64,000 bases of DNA from Bacteroidota bacterium (GCA_039797705.1 JBDKHK010000014.1:10758-74757); one strand, 5' to 3'; positions 28,527-38,086 are shown, counted from the stretch's first letter. The notes: a model not told the origin generated them from the letters alone. Translations and numbers: made by a program.

Positions 28527-28534
28527 CAAAGGTA
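28527..28534 (-). promoter_or_regulatory. -7 box TACCTTTG upstream of yidC
   Basis: The minus strand reads TACCTTTG 19 nt before the yidC ATG. Confidence 0.45.
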
Positions 28535-28647
28535 GGAAATAGACATCATCCATCAAAACACTTATAAATAAGCTAAGATTAATTCTTTTACAATCAACCA
28601 TATAGGATAAAGCTGTTAATTTCATTTTTTCCTCTAATAGCATTTCT

Positions 28648-28655
28648 TATATTTG
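28648..28655 (+). promoter_or_regulatory. -7 box TATATTTG, 4 nt before ATG
   Basis: TATATTTG-cagc-ATG. Confidence 0.5.
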
Positions 28656-28659
28656 CAGC

Positions 28660-29553
28660 ATGAGCAATACTACTTTAGTGATTATGGCGGCCGGAATGGG
28701 CAGCCGATATGGCGGCGTAAAACAAGCTGCAAGCTTTGGACCAAGTGGAGAGTGGCTGATGGATTACGCAATTTATGATGCACAACAAGCTGGTTTTAAA
28801 GATGTTGTAATTATTACAAGGAAAGATTTATTAAATGATATGCAGGAGCATCTGCAAAAAGTATGGGGAACAAAAATACCTATTCATTTTGCATTGCAAC
28901 AGCCACCTGCCGATGCTAATCCGGAACGAACAAAGCCGTGGGGAACGGGACAAGCGATTTTGGCCACCAAAGAATTAGTTAAAAATCCATTTGTAGTAAT
29001 AAATGCAGACGACTTTTACGGGCGGGAAGCATACGTTGCTATTCATAATTTTTTAACTAAATGTGCTACTAATGAATCTACTTTTTCCTTGGTAGGGTAT
29101 CCTTTGCAAAACACACTTTCCGATATTGGCTCCGTGTCAAGAGGGGTTTGTACGCTTAATCATCAGCAAGAATTAGTGTCCATTACCGAAATGACACAAA
29201 TTGATATGCGTAACGGAAAATTGCAAAATGAAAATGCCGATGCTACTTTTACCGATATTGCTACAGATAGCTATGCTTCCATGAATTTTTGGGGTTTTAC
29301 TTGTTTTTTGTTTGAGGAATTAGAACAACAATGGAAAGAATTTTATGAAAAGAATCGCAATGAAATGAAAGCAGAATTTTTAATTCCGACGGTTGTTTCT
29401 AAAATGATGCAAGAAGGAAAAATTAAAGTGCAATTATTACCTGATGGCAAAGATTGGTGCGGCGTTACCTATTCCGAAGAAAAAGATTTGGTAATTGCAG
29501 CATTACGCAAAAAAATTGCTGCGGGCATTTATCCAGAAGATTTATCCAAGTAA
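28660..29553 (+). CDS. Sugar-phosphate nucleotidyltransferase family protein
   Basis: The N-terminal VIMAAGMGSRYGG glycine-rich NTP-transferase loop and INADDFYG. Substrate unknown. Confidence 0.7.
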   Translation: MSNTTLVIMAAGMGSRYGGVKQAASFGPSGEWLMDYAIYDAQQAGFKDVVIITRKDLLNDMQEHLQKVWGTKIPIHFALQQPPADANPERTKPWGTGQAILATKELVKNPFVVINADDFYGREAYVAIHNFLTKCATNESTFSLVGYPLQNTLSDIGSVSRGVCTLNHQQELVSITEMTQIDMRNGKLQNENADATFTDIATDSYASMNFWGFTCFLFEELEQQWKEFYEKNRNEMKAEFLIPTVVSKMMQEGKIKVQLLPDGKDWCGVTYSEEKDLVIAALRKKIAAGIYPEDLSK

Positions 29554-29695
29554 AGGGTGCTTTTTAAATACTAATTTTCAATAAACGTACGTAGAATAGC
29601 TGCATGTATTGTATTGTGCAGCTTGTCGTATAAATTGTTCTGCTTTGTGAAAAGACTTATCCACTTGTTTCGTATCTTGCAGTCATTATAACATT

Positions 29696-30442
29696 ATGTC
29701 TAAACAACAACTTATAGCCGGCAGAAATCCAGTTTTGGAATTGCTCCGATCCGATTCGGAAGTAGAAAAAGTATTAATTTCTAAAAATGCATCCGGCGAA
29801 GTAATTAAAGAAATTATCCAGTTGTGCCGAGATAAGGAAGTATATTATCAATTTGTACCAGAGATAAAAATAAATTCACTTTCCAAAGCAAATCATCAAG
29901 GAATATTAGCCTTTACAGCGCTTATAGAATATCAAAATATACAAAAAATTATAGATTTTGTTTTTGAAAAAGGAGAAAATCCATTGTTATTGATATTAGA
30001 AAATATTACCGATGTTCGGAACTTAGGTGCTTTGGCAAGAACAGCACTCGGTATGGGTGTACACGCCATTGTTTTTCCTAAAAAAGAAAGCGCCGCAGTG
30101 AATGATGTTGCTGTAAAAATTTCTGCCGGAGCATTATTGAAAATTCCATTGTGCAGAGTAGATAATATCATTGCTACTTTAAAAGACATAAAAAACAATG
30201 GTATTAAATTAGTAGGCTTAGACGGTACTGCTACATCTTTTATACATGAAATAAATACGCAAATGCCTTTGGCACTTATTGCTGGTTCCGAAGATGAAGG
30301 CATTTCTAATCCTGTCGTCAGGCTGATTGATGAATTGGTAAAACTACCGATGAGTAATGAATTGGAATCGTATAACGTATCCGTAGCTACCGCCATGGCA
30401 TTATACGAAATCAACCGCCAACAATTGACGATTGACAATTGA
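29696..30442 (+). CDS. rlmB: 23S rRNA (guanosine-2'-O)-methyltransferase, SpoU/RlmB type
   Basis: N-terminal L30e-like substrate domain plus SpoU motifs (NITDVRNLGALARTA, LIAGSEDEGIS, SYNVSVATAMALYE). Confidence 0.85.
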   Translation: MSKQQLIAGRNPVLELLRSDSEVEKVLISKNASGEVIKEIIQLCRDKEVYYQFVPEIKINSLSKANHQGILAFTALIEYQNIQKIIDFVFEKGENPLLLILENITDVRNLGALARTALGMGVHAIVFPKKESAAVNDVAVKISAGALLKIPLCRVDNIIATLKDIKNNGIKLVGLDGTATSFIHEINTQMPLALIAGSEDEGISNPVVRLIDELVKLPMSNELESYNVSVATAMALYEINRQQLTIDN

Positions 30443-30757
30443 CAATTAACGATTGACGATTAACGATTAACAATTAACAATTAACAATTAACGATTAACA
30501 ATTGACAATTAACGATTGACGATTAACGATTAACAATTGACGATTAACAATTAACGATTAACGATTGACAATTAACGATTAACAATTGACGATTAACAAT
30601 TGACGATTAACGATTAACGATTAACGATTAACGATTAACGATTGACAATTGACGATTAACGATTGTCGATTGACGATTGACAATTAACGATTAACGATTA
30701 ACGATTGACGATTAACGATTAACGATTAACGATTGACGATTGACGATTAACAATTAA
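30422..30757. repeat. 48-unit tandem heptamer array, consensus CRATTRA
   Basis: By hand count the units are 21 CGATTAA, 10 CGATTGA, 9 CAATTAA, 7 CAATTGA and 1 CGATTGT. They stay in unbroken phase, from inside the rlmB 3' end to the base before the pyk stop. Confidence 0.97.
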
Positions 30758-32188
30758 CTATTTAATCTGATTTATCTTCACCATGTTGGTTCTGCCACGG
30801 CCAGTGATAGGCATGCTTGCCGTGCTAACAATAATGTCATTCGTTTCTACCAGTCCATTACTTTTCAAAATTTCAATAATATCTTCAATAGATTGATCGG
30901 TGCTGACAAATTTATTGTAATAAAATACATCTACTCCCCAAACCATTCCAAGGGTATTGAGTAAATTTTTATTACTGGTGAAAATATGAATATCCGCTTT
31001 TGGTCGATTGCTCGCCAGCATGAAAGCAGTATAACCAGAGTAAGTCATGCCATTGATGGCTTTTGCGCCCACTTCGGAGGCAATAGTACATGCATTAAAA
31101 CAAATAGCATCCGACAAAAATGTTTTAGAAGTTTTATCTGGTAATAAATGTTTGTGATAGATGGCTTCTTCTTGCTCCGTTCTGCGAATAATTTTATCTA
31201 TTGTTTGAATGACTTTTGCCGGATTTTTCCCAACCGAAGTTTCGCCACTCAACATAATGGAATCTGCCCCGTCCAATACACCGTTAGCAACGTCCGTAAT
31301 CTCTGCGCGTGTTGGTCTCGACATATCAATCATAGATTCCATCACTTGCGTAGCAATAATTACAGGCTTAGAATTTTGAATACATTTTTGAACAATATCT
31401 TTTTGAATTAACGGCATTTCCTCCATTGGAACTTCTACACCCAAATCTCCGCGCGCAATCATCACTGCATCCGAAACTTTAATAATGCTGTCAATATTTT
31501 CTACCGCTTCTGGTTTTTCAATTTTAGCTACAACTTTTAAGGGCGATTTATGCTTTGAAATAATTTCTTTTAATCCTTCAATATCATCGGCAGTACGAAC
31601 AAAAGAAAGTGCAATCCAATTAACAGGTTGAGTAAGAATGAAATCTAAATCTGCTCTATCTTTTTCTGTTAAGCTTGGAAGTGAAATTTTTGTATTGGGT
31701 AAATTAAATCCTTTTTTAGAAGATAAAACTCCACCCGACATAATAGTACAACGAATGGTTTTTTCATCTAAAATTTCAACAACTTGCAATTCTAATTTTC
31801 CATCATCTATCAAAATAGATTCTCCAATTTTCAAGTCTTTAGAAAGTTGCTGGTAGGTAACAGAAATTAATTGCTTCGTTCCAATTACATCTTCGTTTGT
31901 TACTTTAATACTTTCGCCTTCTACCAATTCGATAGCATTATTTTGCATTAAACCCGTTCGTAATTTAGGCCCTTGTAAATCTGCTAAAATACTGATATTC
32001 GCATTTTGAAATTCATTTAATCGGACAATGTGTTTTATCACTTGTTCGTGGTCGTCTTGTCTTCCGTGAGAAAAATTAAGGCGAAATACATTTACCCCAC
32101 TATTGTATAGTTCTAGTAATTTCTCGTAACTATTGCTAGCTGGGCCAATGGTGGCAATAATCTTAGTCTTTCTTTTTGTTGGATTCAT
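30758..32188 (-). CDS. pyk: Pyruvate kinase
   Basis: TKIIATIGPAS, FRLNFSHG and MIARGDLGVE are PK signatures. 476 aa. Confidence 0.95.
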   Translation of the reverse strand: MNPTKRKTKIIATIGPASNSYEKLLELYNSGVNVFRLNFSHGRQDDHEQVIKHIVRLNEFQNANISILADLQGPKLRTGLMQNNAIELVEGESIKVTNEDVIGTKQLISVTYQQLSKDLKIGESILIDDGKLELQVVEILDEKTIRCTIMSGGVLSSKKGFNLPNTKISLPSLTEKDRADLDFILTQPVNWIALSFVRTADDIEGLKEIISKHKSPLKVVAKIEKPEAVENIDSIIKVSDAVMIARGDLGVEVPMEEMPLIQKDIVQKCIQNSKPVIIATQVMESMIDMSRPTRAEITDVANGVLDGADSIMLSGETSVGKNPAKVIQTIDKIIRRTEQEEAIYHKHLLPDKTSKTFLSDAICFNACTIASEVGAKAINGMTYSGYTAFMLASNRPKADIHIFTSNKNLLNTLGMVWGVDVFYYNKFVSTDQSIEDIIEILKSNGLVETNDIIVSTASMPITGRGRTNMVKINQIK

Positions 32189-32612
32189 TAAAATGTCTGA
32201 TTAATAAGTTATGTTTTGATTTAAGCGAATTGATTTCAATGGGCGATACTAACTGCACTCCGGTAGCTTTTGAAAGTGATTTAATAAATGTTTCTACATC
32301 AAAATAGTCATCTTCCCCTTTCATTAAAAATAGAAAATCTATATTCTTCAATTCTGGAATAAGCACGTTGCCTGAGTTTTTATTTTGAATCAATTCTACG
32401 GTATAGTAATCTTTTTCATTATTAAATTGGTATGCATTGAAATGTTTAACATTTTTTATTTGCGGACTATAGTATTCAATATCCTGCACACGTTTTAGAT
32501 GCCATTTTAACTCTTGGTTCAAAAAAAGACACAACCGATAATCTTCTATATTGGAGTTGATTCCCCAAATTTTAAAATCAAAAAATACGTCTATAAATTG
32601 CCCTTTTCCCAT
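32163..32612 (-). CDS. IPExxxVDY family protein
   Basis: LIPELKNIDFLFL matches the family-defining IPExxxVDY segment as I remember it. The gene overlaps the pyk start by 26 nt. Confidence 0.6.
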   Translation of the reverse strand: MGKGQFIDVFFDFKIWGINSNIEDYRLCLFLNQELKWHLKRVQDIEYYSPQIKNVKHFNAYQFNNEKDYYTVELIQNKNSGNVLIPELKNIDFLFLMKGEDDYFDVETFIKSLSKATGVQLVSPIEINSLKSKHNLLIRHFNESNKKKD

Positions 32613-32763
32613 GTCTAATATTACTACAAATTAAGGAATGAATGTCTAAAATTGGAGATGATTTATTGAAGAAATTTATTTTAATTTTTAAATATATTGA
32701 TAGTCATGGGGTTAGTAAGGATTATTTTTAACTATTGTATGCAAAGAATATCAAAAATAACGC

Positions 32764-32771
32764 TAATTTTG
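32764..32771 (+). promoter_or_regulatory. -7 box TAATTTTG upstream of acpP
   Basis: TAATTTTG lies 23 nt before the acpP ATG. Confidence 0.45.
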
Positions 32772-32794
32772 CACATCTATTAAAATAATTAGCT

Positions 32795-33028
32795 ATGTCA
32801 AACATTGCAGAACGCGTAAAAAAGATTATTGTTGAAAAACTAAGTGTAGAAGAGGGTGAAGTTACCCCGGAGGCAAGTTTTGAAAATGATTTAAAAGCAG
32901 ACTCCTTGGAAACCGTTGAATTAATTATGGAATTTGAAAAGGAATTTAACATTATTATTCCTGATGAGCAAGCAGATAAAATAAAAACCGTAGGTGACGC
33001 AATAGCTTATTTAGAAGCAAACGTTTAA
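32795..33028 (+). CDS. acpP: Acyl carrier protein
   Basis: [16 protein letters not shown] contains the DSL phosphopantetheine attachment site. 77 aa. Confidence 0.95.
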   Translation: MSNIAERVKKIIVEKLSVEEGEVTPEASFENDLKADSLETVELIMEFEKEFNIIIPDEQADKIKTVGDAIAYLEANV

Positions 33029-33095
33029 TTTTTCTTATTGCTTTTAAGCAAGAAATTCTTTTTCTTTTTTTGTATTTTAGTACAAATTATCCAGT

Positions 33096-34352
33096 ATGGA
33101 GTTAAATCGTGTAGTGGTAACAGGAATGGGTGCTATTACACCTATAGGTAATTCTATTATAGAATTTTCTGAAAATTTAATGAATGGAATGAGTGGATGT
33201 GCAAGTATTACTCATTTCGACACTATCAAATTTCGTACTAAAATAGCTTGCGAAATAAAACATTATTTTCCTGAAAATTATTTCGATAAAAAAGAGCTCA
33301 AAAAATTGGATGCGTATGCCCAATTTGCATTTATTGCAGCGGAAGAAGCAATAAAAGATGCTCAATTATTGGAATATTCCGACTTGAATAAAAATAAAAC
33401 AGGCGTATTGTTTACTTCGGGATTTGGAGGAGTGCAAACGTTTCAGCAAGAATTATTTCAATATTTCCAAAACGATAGAAATCCAAGGTATTTCAGTCCC
33501 TTTTTTGTTCCGCGCACTTTGTTGGATTTAGCCGGTGGAAGCATTGCCATTAAATATGGTTTTAAAGGAATGAATTTTTCGGTGGTGGCCGCTTGTGCAA
33601 GCTCCACCATTGCACTGATTGATGCTTTGAATTATATACGTTTGGGTAAAGCCGATGTTTTAATAGTGGGAGGTTCGGAAGCCTCCATTTGTGAAGTAGC
33701 GATTGGAGCATTTAGCGCAATGAAAGCCCTTTCTGAGAATAATGAAAATCCAGCCATGGCATCCAGACCATTTGATTTAAATCGAGATGGTTTTGTGATG
33801 GGAGAGGGCGCCGCCTGTATGGTATTGGAGAGTTTGCAGCACGCACAAAAAAGAGGAGCAAAAATTTATGCAGAATTGGCGGGAGGTAGTATGAATGCAG
33901 ATGCATTTCATATTACTGCGCCGCACCCTGATGGCGAAACCGTAGAACGGGTAATGCAAGAGGCTTTGGAAGATGCAAATCTGAAACCAACAGATATTGA
34001 TTATATTAATGTGCATGGCACTTCTACTCCTTTGGGCGATATTGCTGAAATAAAAGCCATTCAAAATTTGTTTAAAGAACATGTTTTTGCATTAAATATC
34101 AGTGCCACCAAATCCATGACAGGTCATTTGATGGGAGCAGCAGGAATTATAGAAGCAGTAGCTTCTGTAATTGCAATTCAAGCAAATAAAATTCCACCAA
34201 CGATTAACCACCAAACTGCTGATCCTGCTTTTGATGCTAAACTAAATCTTACGTTGCATCATGCACAAGAGCGTGAAGTGAATGTTGTTTTATCTAATAA
34301 TTTTGGATTCGGTGGACACAATGCATCGGTTGTTTTTAAACGTCTTAAATAG
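33096..34352 (+). CDS. fabF: Beta-ketoacyl-ACP synthase II
   Basis: Active-site Cys context (VVAACASS), INVHGTSTPLGD, and KSMTGHLMGAAG...NNFGFGGHN. Confidence 0.95.
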   Translation: MELNRVVVTGMGAITPIGNSIIEFSENLMNGMSGCASITHFDTIKFRTKIACEIKHYFPENYFDKKELKKLDAYAQFAFIAAEEAIKDAQLLEYSDLNKNKTGVLFTSGFGGVQTFQQELFQYFQNDRNPRYFSPFFVPRTLLDLAGGSIAIKYGFKGMNFSVVAACASSTIALIDALNYIRLGKADVLIVGGSEASICEVAIGAFSAMKALSENNENPAMASRPFDLNRDGFVMGEGAACMVLESLQHAQKRGAKIYAELAGGSMNADAFHITAPHPDGETVERVMQEALEDANLKPTDIDYINVHGTSTPLGDIAEIKAIQNLFKEHVFALNISATKSMTGHLMGAAGIIEAVASVIAIQANKIPPTINHQTADPAFDAKLNLTLHHAQEREVNVVLSNNFGFGGHNASVVFKRLK

Positions 34353-34443
34353 AGTGTTAAGTAGTGAGTATTAAGTAGTGAGTATTAAGTATTAAGTAGT
34401 AAGTAGTGAGTATTAAGTATTAAGTAGTGAGAATTGAGAAGTT
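34353..34443. repeat. 13 tandem heptamers of AGTATTA/AGTAGTG type
   Basis: In-phase units start one base after the fabF stop: agtgtta agtagtg agtatta ... agaattg agaagtt. Confidence 0.9.
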
Positions 34444-34453
34444 TATTATATTT

Positions 34454-34551
34454 AATTCGTAATTCGTAATTCGTAATTCGTAATTCGTAATTCGTAATTC
34501 GTAATTCGTAATTTTTAATTCGTAATTCATAATTCTAAACTCTAAACTCCT
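34454..34551. repeat. 14 tandem heptamers, AATTCGT (8 perfect, then decaying copies)
   Basis: aattcgt x8, then aattttt aattcgt aattcat aattcta aactcta aactcct, running into the rnc -7 box. Confidence 0.92.
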
Positions 34552-34558
34552 ATATTTG
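34551..34558 (+). promoter_or_regulatory. -7 box TATATTTG, 3 nt before rnc ATG
   Basis: TATATTTG-tat-ATG. The box overlaps the alternative TTG start at 34556, which favours the ATG at 34562. Confidence 0.5.
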
Positions 34559-34561
34559 TAT

Positions 34562-35284
34562 ATGCTCACTTTTTTGAAGAAATTATTTAAGCTTAACAGA
34601 TTCTCTAAAAATAAATTTCGATGTAAGAATATTTATGAGCATTTGCAGTTATATCCACTTTCTTCTGAAGAGAATTATATTCGAGCACTTACACATTCTT
34701 CGTTTACTAAAAAGAAAGAAGATAAAAATGAACGATTGGAATTTTTAGGAGATGCCGTTATCAATTTTTGCGTGGCAGAATCTTTGTATGCTTTAATGGG
34801 AAAAAAAGATGAAGGCATTTTAACCAAAGCACGTGCATCTGTCGTAAATAGAAAAAATTTAAACAGAATTGGTGTCGAAATTGGTATTCCCGAATATTTA
34901 CAACATAAATTATCTGCCAAACAATTGTCGGAAGCTCCTGATATTATTGGCAATGCTTTTGAAGCCTTGATGGGTGCGTATTACTTGGATTATGGTATGC
35001 GCGATATGAAAGTATTAATTAAAAAATTACTATTAGAAGAATTTGATGCTACTAATTTTGATAAGAAAATTTCTGATTCAAAAAGTTATTTGATTGAATG
35101 GGCACAATCGCAAAAAAAACATGTTACTTTTAGTCATCATGCACACACCAACGGTGAAACTACTTTTAGTGTAGAACTTAAAATAAACGGTGAAACCACC
35201 GCCACTGGTTCTGGAAAAAATAAAAAAGAAGCAGAACAAGATGCATGCTCCAATGCCATTAAAGTGCTTGAATTAGATGCTTAG
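34562..35284 (+). CDS. rnc: Ribonuclease III
   Basis: NERLEFLGDAV RNase III signature, GNAFEALMGAYYLD, and a C-terminal dsRBD (GSGKNKKEAEQDA). Confidence 0.93.
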   Translation: MLTFLKKLFKLNRFSKNKFRCKNIYEHLQLYPLSSEENYIRALTHSSFTKKKEDKNERLEFLGDAVINFCVAESLYALMGKKDEGILTKARASVVNRKNLNRIGVEIGIPEYLQHKLSAKQLSEAPDIIGNAFEALMGAYYLDYGMRDMKVLIKKLLLEEFDATNFDKKISDSKSYLIEWAQSQKKHVTFSHHAHTNGETTFSVELKINGETTATGSGKNKKEAEQDACSNAIKVLELDA

Positions 35285-35288
35285 TAGC

Positions 35289-36635
35289 TTACTTTTCATC
35301 ACTATCTTTTTTCTCTTTTTTCTTTTTCGATTTGTCTAATGCTTTAATTTTATCACCGTCTTTCAAATCTTTTGAAAGCACATTGTAAGGACCAGTTATA
35401 ATTTCCTCCGTTCCTTGTAGTCCTTGCGTAACTTCAATATAACTATCGTCCTGAATGCCTGTTTTTACTTCTATTGATGTTGCTTTCAATTGGTTGTTTA
35501 TAAAAACAATTTCTTTAGTATGACTGGCGCCATTATAAACAGAATCCTTTGCGGTAACGGCTTGTATAGGAATGGCTAAAACACCTGTTTTTGTTTTTGT
35601 TTTGATATCCACCGTGGCAGACATTCCTGGCAAAAATGGTTTAGGATTATCTCTTAATAAATCTTCATAAGATGATTTTAAAATGCGAATTTTTACTACA
35701 AAATTGGTGGATTGATCGGCACTAACTAAAGCACTGGAAGCGCCTTTGGAAGTGTTGGCTACTTGCGTAACAATGCCGACAAATTTTCTATCTAAATAAG
35801 CATCTACTTCTACCGTAGCTGTATCGCTTAATTTCACTTTCGTAATTTCACCTTCACTCACGTCCACCCGCACTTCCATATTGTCGAAGTTGGCAATACG
35901 CATCATTTCCGTTCCGGTCATTTGTAAAGTACCCACTACTTTCTCTCCTTTTTTTACATTCAATAATGAAATGATTCCATCTGTTGGAGCATAAATTGTT
36001 GTCTTATTCAAATTTATTTTAGCTTCTTTAATAGTAGCTTCTGTAGCTTTTATAGTGTAGGAAGCAGCATCTGCCGTATGCTTAGCGGCTTCTAAATCTG
36101 CCTTTGCACTTTCTACAGATGCTTTGGTGGATTTATAAGAAGATTCGGCACTTTCTAAATCTGCTTTGGATATTATTTTTTTTCCAAAAAGTTCTTGCGC
36201 ACGTGTGTAAGCTTCCTGTGCAGCTTGTGCTTGTGCTTGCGCTTGAGAAACTATTGCGGTAGCTTGTGAAATTCTTGCTTTTGCAGTAGATAATTGTGCT
36301 TTAGTATTGTCTAATTGGGCAACGCTTTGTTCTACTACTGCTTGGTAACTTTCCGGTTTGATACGAGCTAACAATTGTCCTTTTTTTACAACATCGCCTT
36401 CTTTAACATTTAATTCAATAATCTCACCCGATACATCGGAGCTTATTTTTACTTCTTCTTCTGGATATATTTTTCCGCTGGCGGTTACTGTTTGTATAAT
36501 GGTGCGTTTCGCTATTTTCTGCCATTCTACTTCTTTTCCATTGTTGTCTTTTCTGTATTTGCCAATAATGATAGCAGCTGCAATAGCAATAACGGTAACA
36601 AATAAAAGTATATAGAGTAATTTATTGTTTTTCAT
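35289..36635 (-). CDS. Efflux transporter periplasmic adaptor (HlyD/MacA-like)
   Basis: N-terminal anchor, lipoyl-like motif (GEIIELNVKEGDVVKKGQLLARI), a long A/Q-rich coiled-coil hairpin, and a beta-barrel C-terminal half. Confidence 0.88.
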   Translation of the reverse strand: MKNNKLLYILLFVTVIAIAAAIIIGKYRKDNNGKEVEWQKIAKRTIIQTVTASGKIYPEEEVKISSDVSGEIIELNVKEGDVVKKGQLLARIKPESYQAVVEQSVAQLDNTKAQLSTAKARISQATAIVSQAQAQAQAAQEAYTRAQELFGKKIISKADLESAESSYKSTKASVESAKADLEAAKHTADAASYTIKATEATIKEAKINLNKTTIYAPTDGIISLLNVKKGEKVVGTLQMTGTEMMRIANFDNMEVRVDVSEGEITKVKLSDTATVEVDAYLDRKFVGIVTQVANTSKGASSALVSADQSTNFVVKIRILKSSYEDLLRDNPKPFLPGMSATVDIKTKTKTGVLAIPIQAVTAKDSVYNGASHTKEIVFINNQLKATSIEVKTGIQDDSYIEVTQGLQGTEEIITGPYNVLSKDLKDGDKIKALDKSKKKKEKKDSDEK

Positions 36636-36645
36636 GGTTGATTTT

Positions 36646-38067
36646 TTATAATTCTATTTTTTTACCTTGATAAAAATCTAATAATTTAGTGTTGAATACA
36701 TATTCATATTTTGATTGTGTCCATTTGGATTCGGCATTCATCAAATTGGTTTTTGCTAAGTTTACTTCTAATTGATTAACGGCTCCAACGTTTAATCTTT
36801 CTACGGCATAGTCATACGATTTTTGTGCTGTTTCTAAATTTCGTTGAGATGATTTATAATTAGCAATTGCAGCTTCTGCTTTTATATAGGCTTGTTGAAT
36901 GGAATTAAACAAATCCAGTTCGGCTTGCTTTTCTGTTAGCAGTGTATTTTCGTATTGCAGTTTAGCTTGTTTCACGGCAGTTTGCACTTGATATTTATTA
37001 TAAATAGGAATATTCAAAGAAGCGCCAAAGGCATATCCTAAATTTTGTTTCAATTGGTTTTTGTAAGGATTTTTGGAAGATATTGTTGCGATTTCAGGAA
37101 TCAATACCCGCTGAAAAGTTCCTTCTACAAATCCAACGGCAGTGTTGTTTCCGGTAGCTTGCTGTTTGTACGTAACACTTTGGCTCGAAAAAAAAGTATT
37201 GGTATTGGCAACAAAATTTAAAACAGGAGAGTAGTTGCCTCTTGCCACTGCAATTTGTTTTTTAGCACTTTGTACTTTTAGTTGGCTGCTTTTTATTTCC
37301 GGTCTAAGAGATAGCGCATCAGAATAGATTGTATTGATATCTTGTAAATTTTCTACATTAAATGTTTTCGGTAACTCTGGAATTTGAACCGTGATATTTT
37401 GTTTTACATCTAATTGTAATAAAATTTTTAGATTCAAATAGGCTAAGTCCAATTGATTTTTTATTTGCGAAATGGTTAGTTCTTCGGAAGTGAGTTGAGC
37501 ATCAATATCCAAGATAGCTTTCTCTGCGGCACCGCCAGCTTTTATCAACGTTTGCATTCGCTCGTACTGCTCTTGTGTAGAAGTTTTTTGATTAATAGCC
37601 TGTTGGTATTGCTCGTTGGCGTTCATTATATTTAAAAAGGCAGCCAAAATCTGCATTTGAATATTGTTTTTTAAAACAGCTTGATCTAGTTTAATTGCTT
37701 GTAAATCTATTTTACTTTTTTTGATATTATTGGGAGTCATTAAGCCATCAAAAATGGGTTGACTGAGATTGACGCCATAATCCTGATAATGCACCAATGC
37801 CTTGGTGTAGGTATTTGCATAAAAATCATAATTGTTTCCCAATCGAAGATTGTAATTCGTACTTGCATTGACACTTGGCGAATAATTTAGTTTTTGTTGT
37901 TTTAGATTACTTTCCCCCAATTGAATATTAATATCAGATTGTTTTACTTGCAAATTATTTTTGAACGCATAATCGATACATTTTTGCCAATCCCAAACTT
38001 CTTGTGCAGGTAAGGTATTAGAAGAAACTAAGAATAGAAAAGTTAAGATAAAATACAATTGCCTCAT
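36646..38067 (-). CDS. TolC-family outer membrane efflux protein
   Basis: Signal peptide and two repeats of the OEP helical/beta architecture (LSLRPEIKSSQLKVQSAKKQIAVARGNYSP). It sits upstream of the adaptor gene. Confidence 0.88.
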   Translation of the reverse strand: MRQLYFILTFLFLVSSNTLPAQEVWDWQKCIDYAFKNNLQVKQSDINIQLGESNLKQQKLNYSPSVNASTNYNLRLGNNYDFYANTYTKALVHYQDYGVNLSQPIFDGLMTPNNIKKSKIDLQAIKLDQAVLKNNIQMQILAAFLNIMNANEQYQQAINQKTSTQEQYERMQTLIKAGGAAEKAILDIDAQLTSEELTISQIKNQLDLAYLNLKILLQLDVKQNITVQIPELPKTFNVENLQDINTIYSDALSLRPEIKSSQLKVQSAKKQIAVARGNYSPVLNFVANTNTFFSSQSVTYKQQATGNNTAVGFVEGTFQRVLIPEIATISSKNPYKNQLKQNLGYAFGASLNIPIYNKYQVQTAVKQAKLQYENTLLTEKQAELDLFNSIQQAYIKAEAAIANYKSSQRNLETAQKSYDYAVERLNVGAVNQLEVNLAKTNLMNAESKWTQSKYEYVFNTKLLDFYQGKKIEL

Positions 38068-38086
38068 AGAAAAAATAAATAGGAAA

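Noticed and set aside
29932-30438. 168-aa antisense ORF inside rlmB, and similar track ORFs such as 2409-2627, 6744-7133, 10388-10690, 24947-25393, 45176-45514 and 57030-57470.
   Set aside because: All lie entirely within, and antisense or out of frame to, genes with strong family motifs. Their sequences are low-complexity or Ser/Phe/Ile-rich shadow translations typical of AT-rich DNA.
30422-30757. Heptamer array as a CRISPR array, a coding low-complexity tail, or intrinsically curved DNA.
   Set aside because: There are no unique spacers, so it is not CRISPR. Stop codons recur in every plus-strand frame, so only the first 3 units are coding. A 7-bp period places A/T tracts 240 degrees apart per unit, so their bends should cancel rather than add.
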